Source of the DNA: Dehalococcoidia bacterium
GTDB lineage: Bacteria > Chloroflexota > Dehalococcoidia > Bin125
Assembly (NCBI GenBank): GCA_965203165.1
Contig: OZ241849.1
Span: 367,583 to 431,582 of the forward strand
Direction of reading: 5' to 3'
Length of the DNA stretch: 64,000 nt
Position 1 is the first letter of the stretch; every line of letters begins with the position of its first letter. Below the pieces are notes generated by a model that was not told the origin of the DNA, made no database searches, and saw nothing but the letters and a program-made list of their open reading frames with translations. Of this stretch, positions 38,003 through 47,541 are shown piece by piece. Made by a program: the position numbers and the translations under genes.

Positions 38003-38044
38003 TCCTACGCTTTTGCGCAGGCCGCTTCAACCTGCCGCTACAAG

Positions 38045-38587
38045 CTAGCGAACTTCACGCGGCTCTGCGTCGTCGTCGCTGGCCCGCAGCACCAGCAGCA
38101 GATCGCCCTGGTCGACGGTGTCCGAGGCGGCGACGGAGAGTTCGGTGATCGTGCCCGCGGCCGGCGAGCGGATCTCGTTGTTCATCTTCATCGCCACGAT
38201 CACCAGCAGCGGATCGCCCTCCTGCACCTCGTCGCCGACGCCGACCAGCACTTCCGAAATCTGGCCGGTCATGGGCGCGGTCAGGCGCACGACGCCGGCG
38301 ATGGCCGGGGCGAGCGTGTCGAACGATCCGGCCGCGGTGCGCTCGATTTCGGCGGTGTAGCGATCAGGGCCGATGAACATGTCCAGCGCGTAGCCGTCGC
38401 GCTTGATCGCGACGGGCGTGCGCCGACCGTCGATGCGCAGCCGGAAGAGCGTGTTGTCGTCGAGCGACTCGAGCACGACGGAGTACTCGGCGTCGCCGAT
38501 GCGCGCGACGAAGCGGCCTTCGCCGTCGTCCTCAATCGCAATTTCGCGGTGCTCGCCGCCCACGTTCAGCCGGTAGTTCTTCGCCAT
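38045..38587 (-). CDS. biotin carboxyl carrier protein of an acyl-CoA/pyruvate carboxylase
   Basis: APMTG...AMKMNNEI biotinylation motif. Confidence 0.88.
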   Translation of the reverse strand: MAKNYRLNVGGEHREIAIEDDGEGRFVARIGDAEYSVVLESLDDNTLFRLRIDGRRTPVAIKRDGYALDMFIGPDRYTAEIERTAAGSFDTLAPAIAGVVRLTAPMTGQISEVLVGVGDEVQEGDPLLVIVAMKMNNEIRSPAAGTITELSVAASDTVDQGDLLLVLRASDDDAEPREVR

Positions 38588-40104
38588 CCCTGCTCCACTG
38601 GATAGCGCCGCCCGCGGGCGGAGACGGCCCACGGGTTTCGCTGCGCGGGCGCGCCACGCTCGGCTTCGGCCCGCTCGCCCTGGGTGTGAAAGTAGACCGC
38701 GGCGGCGATCGCCGCGCGGGTTGAGGTCTTCGGGCGCTCCTCCGGATCGAGCACCTGGTGCTCTTCGAGGAAGGTGGTGTCGACCCTGCCCTCGAGGAAG
38801 CGGGGTTCTTCGAGCAGCGCCTGATGGAACGGCACTGAGGTGCTCACGCCCAGGATCAAGTACTCGCCCAGCGCGCGGCGCATGCGGCGGATGCACTGGT
38901 CGCGCGTCTCGCCCCAGGTGATCAGCTTGCCGATCAGCGAGTCGTACCAGGGGCTGACACCGACGCCGCGCGCGAGCATGCTGTCCAGCCGCACGCCGGG
39001 GCCGCCGGGTTCGCGGTACCAGGCGATGGGTCCGACCGAGGGCGCGAAATCGCGGTAGGGATCCTCGGCGGTGATGCGGCATTCCATCGCCCAGCCGCGG
39101 ATCGGCCGCTCCTCGCGCGTGTAGCCGATCGGCAGGCCGCCCGCGATGCGCAGCTGATCCTGCACCAGGTCCACGCCGCGCACCAACTCGGTGACCGGGT
39201 GCTCGACCTGCAGGCGGGTGTTCATCTCGAGGAAGGCGAACTCGTCGCCCCAGACGAGAAACTCGACGGTGCCGGTGCTGGTGTAGTCGCAGGCCGCGGC
39301 GGCCTGGATCGCGGCCTCTTCCATGCGCAGGCGCAGCTCGGGCGAGACGCCCGGCGCGGGCGCCTCTTCGACCAGCTTCTGGCGGCGGCGCTGGATCGAG
39401 CACTCGCGCTCGCCCAGCGCGACCAGATTGCCCTGCTGGTCGCCCACCACCTGAATTTCGATGTGCCGCGCCGGGCGAATCAGCTTCTCGACGAAGACCG
39501 CGTCGTTGCCGAAGGCCGTGCGCGCTTCGTCCTGCGCCTGATCGATCGCCCGCTCGAACTGATCGGCCGAATCGACCGCGCGGATGCCGCGCCCGCCGCC
39601 GCCGGCGGCGGCCTTGATCACGACCGGATAGCCGATCTCGTCGGCGATCTTGCGCGCCTCCTGCGGGTCGCTGATCGGGTCGATGCTGCCGGGAATGATC
39701 GGCACGCCCGCGGCCTGCATCGTGCGGCGCGAGGCGATCTTGTCGCCCATCAACTCGATCGCCTCCGGCGAGGGCCCGACGAAGGTGATGCCGGCGTCGC
39801 GGCAGGCGCGGGCGAACTCGGCGTTCTCGGAGAGGAAGCCGTAGCCCGGATGGATCGCATCCGCCCCGCTCTCCCGCGCGGCGCGCAGGATCGCTTCGAT
39901 GTCCAGATAGCTCTGCGCCGGCTCGGCGGGACCAATCAGCTGCGCCGCGTCGGACAGTCGCACATGGCGCGCGGTGCGGTCAGGCTCGGAGTAGACGGCG
40001 ACGGTGCGAATGCCGAGGTCGCGCGCGCCGCGAATCACGCGCACGGCAATCTCGCCGCGATTCGCGATCAGCAACGTCCCAATCGCCGAGTTCTGCCCGC
40101 GCAT
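38566..40104 (-). CDS. accC: biotin carboxylase subunit
   Basis: ANRGEIA, HPGYGFLSEN, GGGGRG, RECSIQRR, EMNTRLQVEH. Confidence 0.93.
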   Translation of the reverse strand: MRGQNSAIGTLLIANRGEIAVRVIRGARDLGIRTVAVYSEPDRTARHVRLSDAAQLIGPAEPAQSYLDIEAILRAARESGADAIHPGYGFLSENAEFARACRDAGITFVGPSPEAIELMGDKIASRRTMQAAGVPIIPGSIDPISDPQEARKIADEIGYPVVIKAAAGGGGRGIRAVDSADQFERAIDQAQDEARTAFGNDAVFVEKLIRPARHIEIQVVGDQQGNLVALGERECSIQRRRQKLVEEAPAPGVSPELRLRMEEAAIQAAAACDYTSTGTVEFLVWGDEFAFLEMNTRLQVEHPVTELVRGVDLVQDQLRIAGGLPIGYTREERPIRGWAMECRITAEDPYRDFAPSVGPIAWYREPGGPGVRLDSMLARGVGVSPWYDSLIGKLITWGETRDQCIRRMRRALGEYLILGVSTSVPFHQALLEEPRFLEGRVDTTFLEEHQVLDPEERPKTSTRAAIAAAVYFHTQGERAEAERGAPAQRNPWAVSARGRRYPVEQGWRRTTG

Positions 40105-40223
40105 CGCCCCACCTTCGCTAGCCCACCACCGGTCCACGATCAGCTCATCCAGCCGACCCGCAGAAATCATACCCGCCGCCGCCCTGATGCGGTACGCGGG
40201 CGGCCGGACCGCGCCCCGCAACC

Positions 40224-40895
40224 CGTCATTCCCCCGCTCCCTTCTCCGCCGTACCCACGCGAGAAGATCCGTCATACCCACGCGAGAAGATCCGTCATAC
40301 CCGCGCTTGCCGCGGGTATCTCGCCGCGCCGAGCACCAGACCACGTTCCCGCCTCCCCACCCCCGCAGGCACGCCCCCCACGCGCCTTCACCACAACCGC
40401 GCAAAAGAGCTCCGTCACGCCGCGCCCCAACTCCGTCACACCCGCGCTCCCCACTTCGTCATACCCGCGCTTGCCGCGGGTATCTCGCCGCGCCGAGCAC
40501 CAGACCACGTTCCCGCCTCCCACACTCCCGCAGGCACGCCCCCCACGCGCCTTCACCACAACCGCGTAAAAGAGCCCCGTCACGCCGCGCCCCCACTCCG
40601 TCACACCCGCGCGAGAAGATCCGTCATACCCGCGCTCCCCACTCCGTCATACCCGCGCTTGCCGCGGGTATCTCGCCGCGCCGAGCACCAGACCACGTTC
40701 CCGCCTCCCCACCCCCGCAGGCACGCCCCCCCACGCGCCTTCACCACAACCGCGTAAAAGAGCCCCGTCACGCCGCGCCCCCTGCTCCGTCACACCCGCG
40801 CTCCCTGCTCCGTCACACCCGCGCGAGAAGATCCGTCATACCCGCGCTTGCCGCGGGTATCCCGCCGCACCGAGCACCAAGCCCCATCCCCACCT
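40224..40895 (+). repeat. tandem palindromic repeat array 6 (~165-189-bp units)
   Basis: 4 cores. Confidence 0.9.
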
Positions 40896-40935
40896 CCCAC
40901 ATCCCCGCTCGTCCCGGGCACGACGGAGTGGGGGA

Positions 40936-41541
40936 TTAGCGCCAGACATTGGCGAGATCGACCACGAGGCCGGGCAGCTCGGGGTCGCCGCTGATGGTTG
41001 CGGGGCGGGCGAGCTCTTCGGGCTCGCAGCCGGGGCGGTAGACCCAGAGGCGGCTGTTCTGGAGGTCGACCAGCCAGCCCAGTTGCACGCCGAATGCGAC
41101 CCAGTCGTCCATCCTGCGCTGCTGGCTGGCGAGAGTCTGGTCGGGCGAGCGGACTTCGACGACGAAGACGGGGCAGGTGCGCATGAAGACGCGGCGCTCG
41201 TCGGCGCTGAGCGCGTCCCACTGTTGCTCAGTAATCCAGGATGCGTCGGGCGCGAGGGCTCTGCCGTCGGGCCTGACATAGGTCCCGCTGGGGCCGAAAG
41301 CGACGCCCGCGCGCTGCTCGGCCCAGTTGCCCAACTGGCGGGCGATTTGGTTCTCCGCGTAGGCGCTTTCAGTTCCGGGAGGAAAGGTGATGACGAGCGC
41401 TCCTTCCGAGCTGCGTTCAAGGCGCAGGTGGTCGTTGAGCAGGCCGAATTGGAGCAGCAGGTCGTCGGTCAGCGGCAGCTGCGGGGGGAAGCGGATGGCG
41501 TACCACTCGTCGGCGCTGCGCTTGGCTGGGGCGGAGACCAT
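40936..41541 (-). CDS. Uma2/DUF820 family PD-(D/E)xK endonuclease-like protein
   Basis: APDASW, PVFVVEVRSP, GVQLGWLVD, LPGLVVDL. Confidence 0.88.
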   Translation of the reverse strand: MVSAPAKRSADEWYAIRFPPQLPLTDDLLLQFGLLNDHLRLERSSEGALVITFPPGTESAYAENQIARQLGNWAEQRAGVAFGPSGTYVRPDGRALAPDASWITEQQWDALSADERRVFMRTCPVFVVEVRSPDQTLASQQRRMDDWVAFGVQLGWLVDLQNSRLWVYRPGCEPEELARPATISGDPELPGLVVDLANVWR

Positions 41542-41623
41542 CGAAGCGCCTTTCCGACTCAGGATCGGCGAACTGTCTGAGGGCATGGTACCGAGTGGAG
41601 TGGGTGAAAGTCGTGAACAGCCC

Positions 41624-43429
41624 CTACCGCGGAGCGGTGGCGCGGGTTTGGACTTGCTCCGTGAGCATTGCCTGGAACTCTGACAGCGGTTGCGCGCCCA
41701 GATCCTCGCCGCCGCGCACGCGGACGGCTACGGCGCCGGCTTCCGCTTCGCGATCGCCGATCACCAGCAAGTAGGGGATCTTGGCGCGCTGGCCGTTGCG
41801 GATTTTGGCCTGCATCCGCTCGTTGCCGTCGTCCACATCCACCCGCAGGCCGGCGGCGCTGAGTTGGGCCGCGGCCTGGCGCGCCCACTCGATGTGGCGG
41901 TCGGCGATCGGGATGCAGCGCGCCTGAACGGGCGCGAGCCAGGCGGGGAATGCGCCCGCGTAGTGCTCGATCAGAATGCCCAGGAAGCGCTCGAGCGAGC
42001 CGTGGATCGCGCGGTGGATCACGACGGGCGTGTGCCGCTCCCCGTCCTCGCCCACATACACACAGCCCAGCCGCGCGGGCTGAATCAGGTCCAGCTGGAC
42101 CGTCGAGAGTTGCCACTCGCGGCCCATCACATCGCTCACAAACAGGTCGGCTTTGGGGCCGTAGAAGGCGGCCTCGCCCTCCTGCTCGACATAATCAACG
42201 CCCGCGGCGTCGAGCGCGGCGCGCAACGCCTCGATCGCCGCCGTCCAGGCGGCGGGATCGTCGACGAACTTGCCCTCGCCGCCGGGCAGGGAGAACTCGT
42301 AGCGGAAGTCGGTCAGGCCGTAGGTCGCGAGCAGCGTGCGCACCAGCTCGAGCACGCGGCCGACCTCGTCGGAGACCTGCTCGGGCGTGCAGAAGATGTG
42401 GCAATCGTCCTGAGTCAGCGAGCGCACCCGAGTCAGACCGCCCAGCTGGCCCGACTTCTCATAGCGGTAGAGCGTGGCCTGCTCGGAGTAGCGCAGCGGC
42501 AGCTCGCGGTAGGAGTGCAGCCCCGTGTTGTAGAGCGTCATGTGCACGGGGCAGTTCATCGGCTTGAGATAGTACTCCGTCTCGCCGTCGACCATCGCCG
42601 GGTACATCACGTCGCGGTAGTTCTCCAGATGGCCGGAGCGCTCGAACAGGTCGCCGCGGGCCAGATGGCCGGTCCAGACCTCGCTGTAGCCGCGCTCCTG
42701 CTGAAGTTCGCGGATTAACCGCTCCATCTCGTTGCGCACCACCGCGCCGTGCGGCAGCAGCAGCGGGACGCCCGCGCCGATCTCTTCGGCGAAGGTGAAG
42801 AGGCCCAGCTCGCGCCCCAACCGGCGGTGATCGCGCTGCTGCGCCTCTTCGAGCCGCGCGAAGTGCTCATCGAGCTCGTCCTGGCTGGCGAACAGCGCGC
42901 CGTAGACGCGCTGCAGCTGCGGGCGGTTCTCGTCGCCGCGCCAGTAGGCGCCGGCGACGTTGGTCAGCCGAAACGGGCCGATCTGGCGGGTCGTCTGCAC
43001 GTGCCCGCCGCGGCAGAGGTCGATGAACTCGGCGTGCGCGCAGAGCCCGACGCTGTCGGCGTCGGCGCTGAACTGCTCGATCAGCTCGAGCTTGTAGGGC
43101 TGGTCGGCGAACCGCTCGCGCGCCTCCTCGAGGCTCGTCTCGCTCCAGATGAAGCGGTGATTGCGCTTCATCTCCTTGCGCATCCGACGCTCGATCTCCT
43201 TGAGATCATCGGGCGTCAGCGCGCGGGGCAGGTCGAAGTCGTAGTAGAAGCCGGTCGCGATCGGCGGGCCGATCGCGATTTTGCCGTCGGGGAAGAGTTG
43301 CAGGACGACCTGCGCGAGCACGTGCGCGGCGGAGTGGCGCATCCGCCGCAGCCACTCCTCGGCGTCAACCTCGTCGGAGCCGACAATCGGCGCGCCGGCG
43401 GATTCCTCTTCGACCTCCTGCTGCGCCAC
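41624..43429 (-). CDS. thrS: threonine-tRNA ligase (no N-terminal TGS domain)
   Basis: RHSAAH, DLCRGGH, KPMNCP, AFYGPK, HRAIHGSLERF. Confidence 0.96.
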   Translation of the reverse strand: MAQQEVEEESAGAPIVGSDEVDAEEWLRRMRHSAAHVLAQVVLQLFPDGKIAIGPPIATGFYYDFDLPRALTPDDLKEIERRMRKEMKRNHRFIWSETSLEEARERFADQPYKLELIEQFSADADSVGLCAHAEFIDLCRGGHVQTTRQIGPFRLTNVAGAYWRGDENRPQLQRVYGALFASQDELDEHFARLEEAQQRDHRRLGRELGLFTFAEEIGAGVPLLLPHGAVVRNEMERLIRELQQERGYSEVWTGHLARGDLFERSGHLENYRDVMYPAMVDGETEYYLKPMNCPVHMTLYNTGLHSYRELPLRYSEQATLYRYEKSGQLGGLTRVRSLTQDDCHIFCTPEQVSDEVGRVLELVRTLLATYGLTDFRYEFSLPGGEGKFVDDPAAWTAAIEALRAALDAAGVDYVEQEGEAAFYGPKADLFVSDVMGREWQLSTVQLDLIQPARLGCVYVGEDGERHTPVVIHRAIHGSLERFLGILIEHYAGAFPAWLAPVQARCIPIADRHIEWARQAAAQLSAAGLRVDVDDGNERMQAKIRNGQRAKIPYLLVIGDREAEAGAVAVRVRGGEDLGAQPLSEFQAMLTEQVQTRATAPR

Positions 43430-43474
43430 CCGTCGCTGCCTCTCCGCCGCTCGCAAGCCTGTGGTCGTGTGTGG

Positions 43475-43551
43475 TGGTGGGCGATACTGGACTTGAACCA
43501 GTGACCTCCGCGATGTCAACGCGGCGCTCTAGCCAACTGAGCTAACCGCCC
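43475..43551 (-). tRNA. tRNA-Val(GAC)
   Basis: GGGCGGTTAGCTCAG...TTGACAT...GGTTCAAGTCC...CGCCCACCA on the minus strand. Confidence 0.95.
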
Positions 43552-43600
43552 ATCCCGCGCCCCAGGGCGCGTAGGTCTGATCTTACCTGATCGTGGCTAG

Positions 43601-44000
43601 CTCCGTCACACCCGCACACCATCTCCGTCATACCCGCGCAAAAGTAGATCCGTCATACCCGCGCTCGCCGCGGGTATCTCGCCGTGACCAGCGCCAAGTC
43701 CCGTCCACACCTCCCCACCTCCGTCACACCCGCGCAGGAAAATCCGTCACACCCGCGCCCCAGCTCCTTCATGCCCGCGCGCCAGCTCCTTCATGCCCGC
43801 GCGCCATCTCCGTCATACCCGCGCTTGCCGCGGGTATCTCGCCGCGACCAGCACCACATCCCGTCCACGCCTCCCCACACCTCCGTCACACCCGCGCCCC
43901 AGCTCCTTCATGCCCGCGCGAGCAAGATCCGTCATACCCGCGCCCCGCCGCGGGTATCTCGCCGTGACCAGCGCCAAGTCCCGTCCACGCCTCCGTCACT
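43601..44000 (+). repeat. tandem palindromic repeat array 7
   Basis: 3 cores between divergent tRNAs. Confidence 0.88.
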
Positions 44001-44256
44001 CCTACGCAGGCACTAGAAGCGCGGGGATGGGCGGCGGCAGGTGCAGCGTGCGGCGGTTCCGGGCAGGCATCAGTGTTAACACGTTGACGAAACGCGATCC
44101 ATTGGCTAGCGTTCCGCGCACGCCTTGGTCGATCCGTCAAGGGAGCGCAGATTGACCCACCCAACCCCGTTCCGCGGTGTATCCTGCCTGGCAGGGCGCG
44201 TGCGCGCTCTGCGGCGCTGTGGTGTCTCACCCCGCGGCGCCGCTCCGTGCAGCGAT

Positions 44257-44332
<76 letters not shown>

Positions 44333-44358
44333 GCACACCGCCCGCTCCGCCCGCGCGC

Positions 44359-44443
44359 GGGGAAGTGTCGGAACTGGTAGACGAGCATGATTTAGAATCA
44401 TGTGCCGAAAGGCGTAGGAGTTCGAGTCTCCTCTTCCCCACCA
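44359..44443 (+). tRNA. tRNA-Leu(TAG)
   Basis: GGGGAAGTGTCGGAACTGGTAGAC...TTTAGAA, long variable arm, CCCCACCA. Confidence 0.95.
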
Positions 44444-44522
44444 CCCGCCGCCCCGCCGGGCGCGACCGTTGGGCGCCGCACACGGCACGACGCCGCCAGC
44501 GCATCCACAAAGGAGTCCCCTC

Positions 44523-45560
44523 ATGGCCGACCCCCTGCTGAGCGTTCAGGACCTCTCGACGCACTTCTTCACCTCCGAAGGGGTGGTCAAGGCCGTCAAC
44601 GAGGTCTCCTACGATGTGCAGCCGGGCCAGACGCTCGGTCTGGTCGGCGAGTCCGGCTCCGGCAAGAGCGTCTCCGCGCTCTCCCTGCTGCGCCTGATCC
44701 CCAACCCGCCCGGCAAAATCGTCGAAGGCGAAGTCTGGTTCGACGGCGAAGAGCTGATGAGCGTGGACGACTCGCGGATGCGCGAGATCCGCGGCAACGA
44801 CATCGCGATGGTGTTCCAAGAGCCGATGACGTCGCTCAACCCGGTGCTGACGATCGGCCGCCAGCTGACCGAGGCGATCGAACTGCACATGGGGCTGCGC
44901 CGCACGGAGGCCAATGAGCGCGCCATCGAGCTGCTGCACATGGTCGGCATCCCCGCCGCCGAGCAGCGCCTGTTCGACTTCCCCCACCAGTTCTCCGGCG
45001 GAATGCGCCAGCGCGTGATGATCGCGATGGCGCTCTCCTGCGACCCCAAGCTGCTGCTCGCCGACGAGCCGACCACCGCGCTCGACGTGACGATTCAGGC
45101 GCAGGTGCTGGAGGTCATGGCGCGGCTGAGCCGCGAGCTGGGCACGGCCGTGATCGTGATCACGCACAACCTAGGCGTGGTGGCGCGCTACGCGGATCGG
45201 GTCAACGTGATGTACGGCGGGCGGATTGTGGAGAGCGGCGACGCGGGCGAGATTTACGCCCACCCCAAGCACGCCTACACGCTCGGCCTGCTCGAATCGG
45301 TGCCGCGGCTCGACGCCCGCACCGGGCGGCTGATCCCGATCGAGGGCACGCCGCCCGACCTGACCAACCTGCCCGACGGCTGCTCCTTCGCGCCGCGCTG
45401 CCGCTTCGCAACCGACCAGTGCCGCGCAGAACGCCCCGAGCTCATTGAGTTCGCGCCGGGCCACCTTGTGGCCTGCTGGAACACCGACGAGGTGCAGGAC
45501 GAAGCCGACCGTATCCTGGCCAGCGCCCAGATAACCGAGGAGGTAACCGCCAATGGCTGA
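44523..45560 (+). CDS. oligopeptide/dipeptide ABC transporter ATPase (OppD/DppD-like)
   Basis: [34 protein letters not shown]. Confidence 0.93.
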   Translation: MADPLLSVQDLSTHFFTSEGVVKAVNEVSYDVQPGQTLGLVGESGSGKSVSALSLLRLIPNPPGKIVEGEVWFDGEELMSVDDSRMREIRGNDIAMVFQEPMTSLNPVLTIGRQLTEAIELHMGLRRTEANERAIELLHMVGIPAAEQRLFDFPHQFSGGMRQRVMIAMALSCDPKLLLADEPTTALDVTIQAQVLEVMARLSRELGTAVIVITHNLGVVARYADRVNVMYGGRIVESGDAGEIYAHPKHAYTLGLLESVPRLDARTGRLIPIEGTPPDLTNLPDGCSFAPRCRFATDQCRAERPELIEFAPGHLVACWNTDEVQDEADRILASAQITEEVTANG

Positions 45561-46854
45561 AGACGAACAGACCACCAACGGCGAAATCAGCGAAGAGACT
45601 GGCGGCGACGCCCCGGCGGCCACCGCGGACGCTCCCGCGAGCAGCCCCGAAGGCAGCCAGGAGGCGGCCGCGGGGACGATGACGCCGGAGCAGATGCGCG
45701 AGGCCGCGGCGGCCAGCGTGAACCGCTCGGCGGCGGCGATCGTCGACCTCGCCGGCGGCGGACGCACCGAGCCGCACGAGAACACCCTGCTCGAAGTGCA
45801 GGACCTCAAGATGTACTTCCCGGTCACCGCCGGCCTGCTGCTCAAGCGCAAGGTCGCCGACATCAAGGCCGTGGACGGCATCTCGTTCTCGGTCCGCGAG
45901 GGCGAGACGCTCGGCCTTGTCGGCGAGTCGGGCTGCGGCAAGTCGACCACCGGGCGCGCGATCCTGCAGCTCTACCGCCCCACCGCCGGCAATGTGCTGC
46001 TCTCGCCGCCGCGCTACACCAGCCACATCGTGGCGCACGCGGACCAGAACGGCAGTGACAACGGCGCCGACGCGGGCGGCGGCGAAGATTCGCCCGCGTC
46101 CGCCGCCGGCGGGCCGGTCGATCTGACCACGCTCTCGGGGCGCAATCTGCGCGCCTACCGGCGGCAGATGCAGATGATCTTCCAGGACCCCTACGCCTCG
46201 CTGAACCCGCGCATGAGCGTGGGCAGCATCGTGGCGGAGCCGATGGTGATCCACGGCCTACAGCGCGGCCGCCGCAAGGAGCGGGTGCGCGAGCTGCTCG
46301 AGACGGTCGGGCTCAACCCCTACTTCGCCAGTCGCTACCCGCACGAGTTCTCGGGCGGCCAGCGGCAGCGCATCGGCGTCGCCCGCGCGCTTGCCGTCGA
46401 GCCCGCCTTCATCGTGGCCGATGAGCCCGTCTCGGCGCTCGATGTGTCGATCCAGGCGCAGATCATCAACCTGCTCGAAGACCTCCAGTCGGACTTCGGG
46501 CTGACCTACCTGTTCATCGCCCACGACCTCTCGGTCGTGCGCCACATCAGCCACCGCATCGCGGTGATGTATCTGGGCAAGATCGTCGAGCTTGCGCCCG
46601 CCGACGAGCTCTACGAGAACCCGCTGCATCCCTACACGCAGGCGCTGATCTCGGCGGTGCCGATCCCCGACCCGGCGGTCGAGCGCCGCCGCGAGCGGCT
46701 GATTCTGACCGGCGATGTGCCCAACCCGATCGCGCCGCCGCCGGGCTGCAACTTCCACACGCGCTGCCCGATCGCGATCGACGTCTGCCGCGAGGAAGAC
46801 CCCGAGTGGCGCGAGATCGGCACGGAGCACTACGTCCGCTGCCACCGCGTCTAA
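45553..46854 (+). CDS. oligopeptide/dipeptide ABC transporter ATPase (OppF/DppF-like) with N-terminal extension and internal insert
   Basis: [35 protein letters not shown]. Confidence 0.93.
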   Translation: MAEDEQTTNGEISEETGGDAPAATADAPASSPEGSQEAAAGTMTPEQMREAAAASVNRSAAAIVDLAGGGRTEPHENTLLEVQDLKMYFPVTAGLLLKRKVADIKAVDGISFSVREGETLGLVGESGCGKSTTGRAILQLYRPTAGNVLLSPPRYTSHIVAHADQNGSDNGADAGGGEDSPASAAGGPVDLTTLSGRNLRAYRRQMQMIFQDPYASLNPRMSVGSIVAEPMVIHGLQRGRRKERVRELLETVGLNPYFASRYPHEFSGGQRQRIGVARALAVEPAFIVADEPVSALDVSIQAQIINLLEDLQSDFGLTYLFIAHDLSVVRHISHRIAVMYLGKIVELAPADELYENPLHPYTQALISAVPIPDPAVERRRERLILTGDVPNPIAPPPGCNFHTRCPIAIDVCREEDPEWREIGTEHYVRCHRV

Positions 46855-46949
46855 CCGCGCACCCGGCCGCACACCGCGCCACGCCCGTCGCGCCACGTCC
46901 CAGCTCCGCCGTGCCCGCACAGGGTGAGACCGCCACGCCCGCGCCCATG

Positions 46950-47470
46950 GCTCCGTCACGCCCACGCTCACAAGATCCGTCACCCCCGCGCTCACAAGAT
47001 CCGTCATACCCGCGCTTGCCGCGGGTATCTCGCCGCGCTGCCCACCAAGCCCCTTCCCACCTCCCACACCCCCGCGCAGAATAAGCTTCGCCACCCCCGT
47101 GCCCATAGAATCCACCACGCCCGCCCCACCTCCGTCGTACCCGCGCTCATAAGATCCGTCACCTCCGCGCTCACAAGATCCGTCACCCCCGCGCTCACAA
47201 GATCCGTCATACCCGCGCTTGCCGCGGGTATCTCGCCGCGCTGCCTACCAAGCCCCTTCCCGCCTCCCACACCCCCGCGCAGAATAAGCTTCGCCACCCC
47301 CGTGCCCATAGAATCCACCACGCCCGCCCCACCTCCGTCGTACCCGCGCTCATAAGATCCGTCACCTCCGCGCTCACAAGATCCGTCACCCCCGCGCTCA
47401 CAAGATCCGTCATACCCGCGCTTGCCGCGGGTATCTCGCCGCGCTGCCCACCAAGCCCCTTCCCGCCTCC
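46950..47470 (+). repeat. tandem palindromic repeat array 8 (203-bp period)
   Basis: cores at 47001, 47204 and 47407. Confidence 0.92.
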
Positions 47471-47541
47471 CACCCCTTGCACACCACCGCCGCGCAAGCC
47501 CGCGCAACGCCCCGCGCCGCACGGTGCTACCCTGCCTCCAC

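Noticed and set aside
38001-38003. Canonical ATT start codon for infC
   Set aside because: The ATT at this position is out of frame with IF-3; the in-frame TTG at 38002 is used provisionally
44152-44185. TTGACC...TATCCT promoter for tRNA-Lys
   Set aside because: The 22-nt spacing is too long for a sigma70 promoter
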